A stretch of 64,000 nt of DNA. Origin: an uncultured Actinomycetota bacterium. Its GTDB lineage: Bacteria > Actinomycetota > UBA4738 > HRBIN12. Location: NCBI GenBank assembly GCA_963733635.1, contig CAVTEH010000005.1, positions 81,488 through 145,487 on the forward strand, read 5' to 3'. Of the stretch, positions 43,321 to 51,680 are shown one piece after another. The number at the start of each line of letters is the position of its first letter. Within the stretch, counting starts at the first letter, position 1. A model generated the notes under the pieces. That model was not told the origin of the DNA, searched no databases, and was given only the letters and a program-made list of their open reading frames with translations. The translations under genes were made by a program, and so were the position numbers.

Positions 43321-44091
43321 CTATGGCTGGCCACCTAACACCGTCGCCATCCTGGCCGCTGCGTCCTTGGTCTGCTCCGGCATCGCGTCAGCGTAGACGC
43401 TTAGGGTGAATCCTACGGTGGCGTGGCCGAGCATCCGGCTCACCACGTGAGGGGCGACACCCGCCTGCAGGGTCAGCGTGGCGAAGGTATGCCGCAGGTC
43501 GTGGAACCGGAGCCGCGGTGCGTCCTCATGCGCGGCGAGGAACATGTCGCGCCTCGTCTCGAACGCATCAGAGATTGCCTGGGGATGGACAGGCGCGCCA
43601 TCCGTCGTTGTGAACACCCAGTCGGTCGCATCTGCCCACGCCTCGGTCGCAAGCCGCTCGGCGCTCTGTTGACGCTTCCAAGTCCTGAGCGAGGACACAG
43701 CTTCGGGGATCAGGGGCACTCGGCGCAGACCCCATGCTGACTTCGGCGTTCCGGTCCTGACGTCCCATCCAACGACTACCCGTGCGCGACGGACGCGCAG
43801 GTTGGGGTCGTCGCCCAGGTCGATGTCCGACCAGCGCAGTCCAGCTAGCTCGGAACGTCGAAGCCCTGTAGTGGCCGTTAGGCCGGCGACGAATCCTGCA
43901 AGCGTGCTGAGGGTGAGCGCGACAAGACCTTGCCGCGTGGTCCCTTGCTCTGCACGCCAGTGGTCCCACAGGCGCAACGCACGACGTGGGAACGCCATAA
44001 CGGTACGCTCATGGGGGTCACTCCTGTCCGGAATGAGCTGTGCGGTCCAATGATCCGTTGGCAGCATGCGCCCACCGATTCTGCGACACAA
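43321..44091 (-). CDS. tyrosine recombinase (phage-integrase family) lacking the N-terminal core-binding domain
   Basis: The catalytic-domain motifs are TTGLRRSELAGLRWSDID, LRFHDLRHTFATL and MLGHATVGFTLSVYA. Only about 55 aa precede the first Arg box, and the ORF starts 9 nt after the sulfatase stop. Confidence 0.75.
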   Translation of the reverse strand: MCRRIGGRMLPTDHWTAQLIPDRSDPHERTVMAFPRRALRLWDHWRAEQGTTRQGLVALTLSTLAGFVAGLTATTGLRRSELAGLRWSDIDLGDDPNLRVRRARVVVGWDVRTGTPKSAWGLRRVPLIPEAVSSLRTWKRQQSAERLATEAWADATDWVFTTTDGAPVHPQAISDAFETRRDMFLAAHEDAPRLRFHDLRHTFATLTLQAGVAPHVVSRMLGHATVGFTLSVYADAMPEQTKDAAARMATVLGGQP

Positions 44092-44100
44092 CCGGCAGGC

Positions 44101-45570
44101 CTAGGCTTTCGTCATGCTCCCATCCTCGTTTCGCACCTCCCCGTGACTGGAGTTGACCCGTTCTCGTGAGGCTCGACGCAAGCCCCATGTGAAGCCCGGT
44201 GGGCGGGGGCGGCACAGGGCGACCGCTTCGCTCCTCAGGTTCGTTGCCAGCCCCGGTCGATCGGCAGCGATGTTGTCGAGCTCCCACGGGTCAGCCATGT
44301 AGTCGTACAGCTCTTCGAAGCCGTCGGCGTAGTGGACGAAGAGGTAGCGCTCGCTCCGAACTCCGCAGTAGGCGGGCACCCCTCCTCGAGGACCCGTCAC
44401 GTGCTCCAGGAGCAGGAACTCGCGCACTGGGATATCCGACTCGAGGCTCCTGACCAAGGAACGCCCCTCGACCCGGCGGTGGGGAACGCCTGTGATCGCC
44501 GCGATCGTGGGTGCGATGTCGATGTTCGCTGCGACGCCGCGCCTGAGCCCCCTCCATCCAGCCCGGTCGTATCGCATGATCAAGGGGATATGGGTCGAGG
44601 CATCGTATGGAACGCTCTTGCTGTCCAGCCGATGCTCACCCCACTGGATCCCGTTGTCGCTCATGAGCACGAACAGCGTGTCGTGCACCCGCCCGGCCTG
44701 AGCCAGCGCCTCGACGATCCCTTCGAACGCGCGATCGGCTGAGCGCAACGTCTCATGCTGGGCGATCCTGAACCGATCGGTCGCCCGGCGCTGCGCGGGG
44801 GTCCACGGCCTGGTCAGGAACGGGGGCTGGTCGATGGGATCCACGTCGTAGGACGGTGGCCGCCAGGGTGCGAGGTCGCCGAAGCTCCCGGCGTCCTTGG
44901 CGGCCGGTTCGGCCGGGGCGTGGACCGCGTAGGGCGCGAAGTACACGAACAGCGGCCGGCGGCTCGAGGCATCCAGGATGAACCGTTCCGCTTCGCGGCC
45001 GAGGAAGCGGGTGGCATAGCCCCGGCCATCGTGAAGCCGACCGTGCTGATCGAACCAATCGAACCGGGAGAACCCTGGTTTTCGGAAGGCGACCCATCGA
45101 TCCCAGCCGGGCGGCAGATAGCCGCTGAACCGGCCCTTGCCGTACCCGTTGAGGTACTTGCCGAACAGGCCTGTCTGGTAGCCCGCTCGGCGCAACCAGA
45201 CGGGCAGGGTATGCCGATCGTCGGCGACCGATCCGATCCCTCCCCTGTAGGACCCGGTCGTGTGCGAGTACATGCCGGTCAGCGTGCTGGCCCTGCTCGG
45301 ACAACAGAGCGACACGGGGACCATCGCATGCGAGAACGTCACACCGCGACGCATCAGCCTCCGCTTGATCTCGGGCGCCGTGTCTGAGGAGAGGAGATCC
45401 GCTCGTGCGTCGTCGAGCATGATCAGCACGACGTTCGGGGGTTCGATCGCGCCGGCCATCGACGGCGTCATGCACACCAGGGCGACGATCAACAGCAGCG
45501 TACGGAGCGCTCGCGTCGTCCCGCCCCTCCTCAAGGCTCCACGGTGAGGTCGAGGCGCCAGTCGTTGCAT
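44101..45570 (-). CDS. Cys-type sulfatase (formylglycine-dependent), secreted
   Basis: A signal-like N-terminus is followed by PNVVLIMLDDARAD, the modification motif SLCCPSRASTLTGMY, and ELYDYMADPWELDN. The gene is intact. Confidence 0.85.
   Translation of the reverse strand: MQRLAPRPHRGALRRGGTTRALRTLLLIVALVCMTPSMAGAIEPPNVVLIMLDDARADLLSSDTAPEIKRRLMRRGVTFSHAMVPVSLCCPSRASTLTGMYSHTTGSYRGGIGSVADDRHTLPVWLRRAGYQTGLFGKYLNGYGKGRFSGYLPPGWDRWVAFRKPGFSRFDWFDQHGRLHDGRGYATRFLGREAERFILDASSRRPLFVYFAPYAVHAPAEPAAKDAGSFGDLAPWRPPSYDVDPIDQPPFLTRPWTPAQRRATDRFRIAQHETLRSADRAFEGIVEALAQAGRVHDTLFVLMSDNGIQWGEHRLDSKSVPYDASTHIPLIMRYDRAGWRGLRRGVAANIDIAPTIAAITGVPHRRVEGRSLVRSLESDIPVREFLLLEHVTGPRGGVPAYCGVRSERYLFVHYADGFEELYDYMADPWELDNIAADRPGLATNLRSEAVALCRPRPPGFTWGLRRASRERVNSSHGEVRNEDGSMTKA
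44102..44152 (+). repeat. copy C of the HTH promoter + first about 13 codons (att-like repeat)
   Basis: TAGGCT (44102-44107) lies 6 nt before ATG 44114. ATGCTCCCATCCTCGTTTCGCACCTCCCCGTGACTGGAG aligns to 42328-42369 with three 1-nt gaps. It lies antisense inside the last 17 codons of the sulfatase ORF. Confidence 0.6.
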
Positions 45571-46061
45571 CGCATCATGGTGCCGGGCGGGTACTCGAAC
45601 TCGATCTCATCCAGCAACGTGAAGCCGAGCTTGCGAGCGATCGCGTTGGAGGGCGCGTTCTCGACGGAGGGGAACGCGTGCAGGAACCGGTGTCGTCCGT
45701 CGGTCTTGGCCATGTCGATGGCCTGCGCTGTGCCGGCGGTCGCGATGCCACGCCCCTGGTGTCCCGGGATCACGAACCATCCGGTCTCGTAGACCTCCTC
45801 GTCGCGCCAGGTCTTGTCCCAGTAGCCGACGGACCCGACCGCTTCTTCCGTGGCGATGTCGACGATCTTGAACATCCGGCCGGTGCCGGACGCTGCCAGT
45901 CGCTCGAACTTGACCTGGCGCTCCGCGAGCTTCTCCTCGCTCTCGGGCCCGCCGAGGTGTTTCGTCTGTTCGGGGTCGCCCAACGTTTTCCTCAGCAGTG
46001 GAAGGTCGTCTGCGCCCCAGGGCTCCAGGCGCACGGCGGCACGCTTCACGGGCACGTTCAT
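45531..46061 (-). CDS. GNAT-family N-acetyltransferase (RimJ/RimL-like)
   Basis: GWFVIPGHQGRGIATAGTAQAI...NAPSNAIARKLGF. This is an intact 176-aa ORF. Confidence 0.75.
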   Translation of the reverse strand: MNVPVKRAAVRLEPWGADDLPLLRKTLGDPEQTKHLGGPESEEKLAERQVKFERLAASGTGRMFKIVDIATEEAVGSVGYWDKTWRDEEVYETGWFVIPGHQGRGIATAGTAQAIDMAKTDGRHRFLHAFPSVENAPSNAIARKLGFTLLDEIEFEYPPGTMMRCNDWRLDLTVEP

Positions 46062-46405
46062 CGTCGCTCACGGTACCGCCTGATCCCACCGTCGACCGTC
46101 CCAGGTCGCATGGACCACTGATTCCCCCATCAGACCGATACGGCCGCACCTGCCTCGATGCCGATGGTGGTTGTGGAACCAGGCCTGGCTCGAGCACACG
46201 AGGGGGAACGCGGGATGACGGCGTCCGGCCGGGCAGGACGATCGCGAGCGATGGTCCTGCGTCGTTCGGCACCGCTGTGGGCCCTTCGGCCCAAGACCCA
46301 GCATCACCCGAATGGGTCCCGATGGCCGATTCGCCGGCTCAAGGCTTGGTCCCACACTCCCGACACAGAGGTGTTGACCGGTTCACCGATCGACTGGAGC
46401 ACTGC

Positions 46406-46852
46406 GTGAAGGACCGAGGAAGCTGGACCAGGCGTCGTCACGATGAGGACGGCGCCGCCGCGATCGAGTTCGCGATCGTCGCGAGCCTGTTGTTCATGCT
46501 GGTGTTCGGCATCATCGACTTCGGCTTCGGTTTCCACACCTGGAACGGCACGGCGCACGCGGCCCGCGAGGGAGCACGGTACGCGGCCACCGATGCCGAC
46601 ACCGGTGACATCATCCAAAGGACGCTCAACGCAGCCGACTTCCTGGACCAGTCGAGGATGAACGTCACCGTGACGTGCAGCCAAGGTGGCTCGGTGTTCG
46701 GGACCTGCAGCGGGCCAGCCGAAGGAGACTACATCCGCGTGACGGTGGACTACGTCTACTCATACATCACTCCGCTCCCAGGCTTCGTGCCCGGCGTCGG
46801 TGACGACATGACGCTGCATTCTCAGTCTGAAGTCCGTTACGAGGGAGCATGA
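46406..46852 (+). CDS. TadE-like pilus-assembly/pseudopilin protein
   Basis: GTG 46406 starts the gene. The motif is DGAAAIEFAIVASLLFMLVFGIIDFGFGFH (TadE N-terminal motif). Confidence 0.7.
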   Translation: MKDRGSWTRRRHDEDGAAAIEFAIVASLLFMLVFGIIDFGFGFHTWNGTAHAAREGARYAATDADTGDIIQRTLNAADFLDQSRMNVTVTCSQGGSVFGTCSGPAEGDYIRVTVDYVYSYITPLPGFVPGVGDDMTLHSQSEVRYEGA

Positions 46853-48244
46853 CGGTGCGGCGCATCGGCAGGTTCGCAGGCAACCGTGCCGGCGAGGAAT
46901 CGGGCGCCGTCGTGGTCCTGTTCGCCCTGGTCCTGGTCGTGTTGTTCGGAGCGGTGGCGTTCGCGATCGACCTGTCACCGTCTGTTCCACGAACGGCAGG
47001 TCTTGCAGAACGCGGTGGACTTCGGAGCGCTCGCCGGCGCGCAGGAGCTGCCCGCCCAGGGTGCGGCCGCCGGCGCGATCGCGGAGGCCGAGGCGCGCGA
47101 AGGTGACCTTGGACAACGCTCCCTGGCTGGACCCTGCCACGATCACCGTGTCGTTCAAGTGCGTCGTGGGTGACCGAGACGGCGACGGGCAGGCAGACCT
47201 GGCCGACATCCCGTACATCTGCGGTCCCGCGACGGGCACTTGGACCACCGATTGGAAGGTCAAGCGCGGCCGTGCGCAGCACCTGTGCAACCCGTATGCG
47301 GGCGACAAGTGCAACACCGTCGTGGTGCGCACCAGCAACGCGGTCGACTACATCTTCGCGCCGGTCATCGGGATCGAGCAGGGCAATACCGGCGTCGGTG
47401 AGCGCCGCTTCTTGTCGCGGGGCGTGCGGGGCCGAACCCAGTCCCGCTCGACGTGGTGATGGTGATCGACCGGACTGGGTCATGACGGCGGCCGACCTGG
47501 TCAACGCCAAGAACGCAGCCCTGCTCGGTGCTGGACTTCTACGACTCCTCCCAGCAGCACGTGGGTGTGGTGGCCCTGCCGTACGGGCGTCCCGGGCGAC
47601 CCGTGCAGGGTCAACGACCCTCAGCTCTACCCCAGCCGGCCGCGTCCTTCTGGCAGGTCAGCCCGCTCAGCTCCGACTACGACAACGCCGACGGCACGCT
47701 GAACACGTCGAGCTCGATCGTGACCAACATCAACTGCCTCCGGCATCTCGCCCAGCATCGTGGTCCGGGTCGAACGGGATCGTGCGCACCGGTGCCGGTC
47801 ACACCAACCTGGGCGATCCGCTGGATGCGGCACGCGAGATGCTGCTGACCCAGGGCCGGAGCGACGTGGAGGACGTCATCATCTTCATGACGGACGGTGA
47901 GGCCAACCAGCCCGACACGCTGCTGCCGTGCAACTACCTCAACACCAAGGCGACCATCGCCAAGAACGAGGGCAGACGATCTACACGATCGGCTATGGAA
48001 TCGCGGGCGCCCGCTGCACCCGGGACACGAGCGGAACCTTCCGCAACGCCTTCGCCACCACCAACCTGGCCAGGGCGGCGACGCAACCTGTCGGTGGATG
48101 AGCACGCCGGCACGTGCCCGGTCGCCGAGAACAGCGACGGTGACTTACTACTTCTGCGAATCCGGCAGCAGCGACCTGGAGCCGGTGTTCCGGCAGATCG
48201 CGGCCGAGACCGTGGGTCACTCCCGCCTCGTCGAAGACCTCTGA
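46849..48244 (+). CDS. TadG-like protein with a vWA domain, frame broken at least 5 times
   Basis: Motifs are GAVVVLFALVLVVLFGAVAFAIDLS, then RLFHERQVLQNAVDFGALAGAQEL, then the MIDAS-like LDVVMVIDRTGSM, FMTDGEAN and YYFCESGSSDLEPVFRQIAAE. The stop is at 48242-48244. Confidence 0.65.
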
Positions 48245-48250
48245 CGCTCG

Positions 48251-48285
48251 GATCCGGGCCTCGGCGGGAGCCGTGCGCCCGGATC
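48251..48285. terminator. hairpin between the convergent TadG-like and P450 genes
   Basis: GATCCGGGC (48251-48259) pairs with GCCCGGATC (48277-48285) across a 17-nt loop. It overlaps the P450 stop. Confidence 0.3.
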
Positions 48286-49576
48286 ACGCCCTGACGCGAA
48301 GCTCCTCCAGCCCTCGGATGATGTAGTTCGGCTTCCACGCGGGTTCCTGCTCCAGTGCGAGGTCGGGCAGCTCGCGCAGGATGGTCGTGAACGACGTCTC
48401 CAGCTCGAGCCGCGCCAGCGGCGCTCCGAGGCAGAAGTGGATCCCGGCGCCGAACGTCAGGTGCGGGTTCGGGTCGCGGTCGAGGCGCAGCACGTCGGGC
48501 TCGTCGAACACGGCGGGTCGTGGTTGGCCGACCCGAACAGCAGCCCCAGCTCGGCGCCCTGCGGGATGCGGCGTGCCGCGCGACCTCGACGTCCTCCAGC
48601 ACCCACCGCTCGAACATCTGCAGCGGCGTGTCGCACCGCATCAGCTCCTCGATCGCGGTGCGCAGCAGCGAGGGGTCGGCACGGAGCCGCTGCGAGCTCG
48701 TCCGGGTGACGGAACAGCGCCCACCACCCGTTGCCGGTGACGTTCACCGTCGCCTCGTGGCCGGCGTTGAGCAGCAGCACGCACGTGCCGATCAGCTCGT
48801 CCTCGGTGAGCCGTTCACCTTCGTCCACGACCAGCGCGAGCTCGCTGATGAGGTCGTCGGTCGGTGCGCGCGCGCCGTTCGCGCGACAGCGCCCGCAGGT
48901 AGTCCGAGAACTCGATGCTGCGCGCGACGCGCCAGCGCTGCGTCCTCGTCGGTGGGATGCAGCTCGTACATGCGGCAGATGTCGGCCGACCACGGCCGCA
49001 GCAGGTGCCGGTCGGCCTCGGGGATGCCCGAGCAGCTCGGCGATCACCGCCACCGGCAGCGGCTCGGCGACGGTCGGCGATCAGGTCGAACGATCCCGAG
49101 CCCGCGACGGCCGTCGAGAGCCCGTCCATGAACCGCTGGATCGGGCTCGCGGAGGCTCTCGACCATCCGCGGGGTGAACGCCTTCGGCGACCAGCCGACG
49201 CAGCCGGGTGTGATCGGGCGGCTCCATGTCGAGGATGCCGTGGTTGATCAGGTGCCAGAACGCCTCGTGCCCGGGCGGCGGAGCGTCGTGGCCCATCTCC
49301 TCGTGGCGTCGGACGTGCAGGTAGGTGCGGCCGAAGCGGCGGTCGCGCAGCAGCGCGTTCACGTCTTCGTACCGCGAGATCAGCCAGTGGTCGGTGGCCT
49401 CGTCGTACATCACGCGGCGCACGAGCGCGGAGCTCGGCGTAGACCGGGTACGGGTCGGCGATGAACCCGAGGTCGTCAGGGGCGAATCCGAGATCCACGA
49501 GGCTACGGTAGCGTTCCCCGGTGCGACCGTCGTGGCCCACCGCGTGCCTCTCTGCTGCTGATCGCGACGGTGGCAT
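48284..49576 (-). CDS. cytochrome P450, frame broken at least 5 times
   Basis: The heme loop is FGAGIHFCLGAPLAR (48284-48511). The I-helix is LLLNAGHEATVN and the ExxR motif is AIEELMRCDTP. The N-terminal part is YPVYAELRARAP / VMYDEATDHWLISRYEDVNALLRD. ATG is at cat 49574-49576. Confidence 0.8.
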
Positions 49577-49631
49577 CCTCGTGCGCTGATGACGCGCGTG
49601 CCCGACGGTCCCGCCGGGAACGGATCCGCCC

Positions 49632-50060
49632 GTGACCGTGGCGAGGGTCACCGCGTGTGATCGACGGCGACACGATCCGTGTGCGCGCTCGACGGACGCG
49701 AGACCACCGTCCGGATCATCGGCATCGACACGCCCGAGACGGACGGCCCCTACACCGAGCGAAGAGTGCTTCGGCGCACGAGGCATCGACCTACACCGAA
49801 CGCGCCATGGACGGTGCGCACCGTGGGTCTGGAGTTCGATGTGGATCGCACGGACCGCTACGACCGGACGCTGGCGTACGTGTGGATCGACGGAGAGCTG
49901 TTCGAGGAAGCGTATCCTGCGCGATGGGTACGCGGTCCTGCTCACGGTGCCGCCGAACGTGAAGTACGTCGAACGCTTCATCGCGGCGCAGGCGGCAGCG
50001 CGACGCGCGGAGCCGGGCTGTGGGGAGCCTGTCCCAGCGCAGGCCGAGCGACAGCCGAAC
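49632..50060 (+). CDS. thermonuclease (SNase-like) family protein, frame broken about 4 times, 3' end uncertain
   Basis: Motifs are VIDGDTIRV / RLDGRETTVRIIGIDTPE..., DRTDRYDRTLAYVWIDGELFEEA / ILRDGYAVLLTVPPN, and AEPGLWGAC. Confidence 0.65.
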
Positions 50061-50082
50061 GACGGACGCGGATCATCGCCGG

Positions 50083-51660
50083 CGGAGGATGTGACCTGCG
50101 CGATCGATCGGCGCCGAAGGCCGAGCTGCGCTCCAGGCGATGGTGCCGTTGACGATCACCGCTTCGATCCCGTCCGGGAACGCATGCGGGTCGCCGAAGT
50201 CGGCGCGATCGTTCACCGTGGCGCGGATCGAGCAGCACCAGGTCGGCCCGCGCTCCCTCCACGATGCGGCCGCGGTCCGCCAGGCCGAACCGATCGGCGG
50301 GCAACGAGGTCATCGTGCGCACCGCGGCCTCCAGTCCGAGCGCGCCGCCACGCACGTAGGGTCCCAGCACGCGCGGGAACGTGCCGTAGTTCCTCGGATG
50401 GACGGGCACGCCGTCCAGCGGGCCGTCCGGCGACATCGCGATCGCGTCCGAGGCGACCATCACGTCGGGGTCGGCCAGGATCGCTCGCACGTCATCCTCG
50501 TCCATCGCGTGCCCGATGCAGCTGGTGTCGGGGTCGTCCTCCAACAGATCCAGGCACGCGTCGACGGGCTCGATCGACCGGCTCTGCGCGATCGCCTGCA
50601 CGCTGCGCCCGTTCCAGCGGCCGTCGCCGCAGGATCTCGATCACGATGCCGATCCCATCCCACGCCGTCCACGGACGATTGGAAGGTGTCGCCTTCACCG
50701 TGCTCGATGCCGTCGGCCAGGCGCGACGCACGTCGCCGGATCGGCCCGCAACGCTGCGATCTCGGCGACCGGCGCCCACGGCGGAAGCAGCGACCACAGC
50801 TCTGAGGCCCACGCTGCGTACGGATACTGGTCCGCGGTGACGTCGCCGTCGCCGTGGAAGCGGTCCAGCAGCTCCGAGGTCCTGCCCCACGCCACCGACG
50901 ACTCGCACTTCAGGTGGCTGACGTGGGCGGGCACCCCGCTCGCCGTCCGATCTCGATCGCTTCGTCCACGGCCCGGAACAGGTGCGCTCCCTCGCCGCGG
51001 ATGTGGGACGCGTACAGCGCCGCCTTCCGCGCCGGCGGCCTCGGCCAGCGCCACTACCTCGTGCGTTACGGAGTACAGGCCGGGCACGTAGATCAAGCCC
51101 GTGGACAGCCCCACCGCGCCCTGCCGCACGGCCTCGGCCACCTCGCCGCACATCGCGGTCAGCTCTTCGGGGGAGGGGGGCCGCCGCTCCGACCCCATGG
51201 CCTGGAGGCGAACCGCGCCGTGGCCGACGAGCGCGGCCACGTTCACCGCCGGCCCCGCCGCCTCGATGCGATCCAGGTAGTGGCCGAACGAGGTGAACGC
51301 GGGGTGCATCGCCTCGGGGTCGCCGCCGGCCATCAGCACGCACTCCGGCGCGCCGGCCGAGCGGCCACGGCGACGAGCCGCAGTTGCCGACGACCACGGT
51401 CGTGACGCCTTGGCGCACGGTGGAGACCATGTCCGGGTCGACCAGCGGACTCAGATCCGAATGGTTGTGCACGTCGACGAACCCCGGGGTCAGCACCGCA
51501 CCTCGACCGTCCAGGCGATGCTCGGTCTCGAGGTCATCGGCCGACTCGCTCGCGGCGGATCCACGCGATCCGGCCGCCGCGAACGCCCGACCGAGCCGAC
51601 GAAGCTCGCCGCGCCGCTGCCGTCGACGATGGTGGCGCCCTCGACGATCAGCTCGTGCAC
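50083..51660 (-). CDS. D-aminoacylase (N-acyl-D-amino-acid deacylase) family amidohydrolase, frame broken at least 4 times
   Basis: GTG (cac 51658-51660) lies 21 nt after the kinase stop. Motifs are HELIVEGATIVDGSG, LTPGFVDVHNHSD, VTTVVVGNCG, GAVGLSTGLIYVPG, VSHLK, VMVASDA and RNYGTFPRVL. The tail reads ...VNGTIAW...RAGHILRRR, with the stop (tca) at 50083-50085. Confidence 0.75.
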
Positions 51661-51680
51661 GGGGCGATGGTAGTGGGGGC

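Larger units (their letters stand above)
34079..44152. mobile_element. tRNA-Thr-adjacent accessory mosaic, likely decayed integrative element(s) or a genomic island
   Basis: Housekeeping synteny stops at the tRNA. The stretch 34281-34350 is 30/70 G+C, against much richer flanks. Contents are regulatory and accessory genes, gene remnants, an Xis-like HTH, a truncated tyrosine recombinase and att-like direct repeats. I did not find a copy of the tRNA 3' end at the distal border. Confidence 0.5.

Noticed and set aside
34050-44200. A direct repeat of the tRNA-Thr 3' end marking the distal island border.
   Set aside because: I could not find one by eye. The only GGTTCGAATCC elsewhere is in the other tRNA at 6790. 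The island call therefore does not rest on it, and a computed search is still needed.
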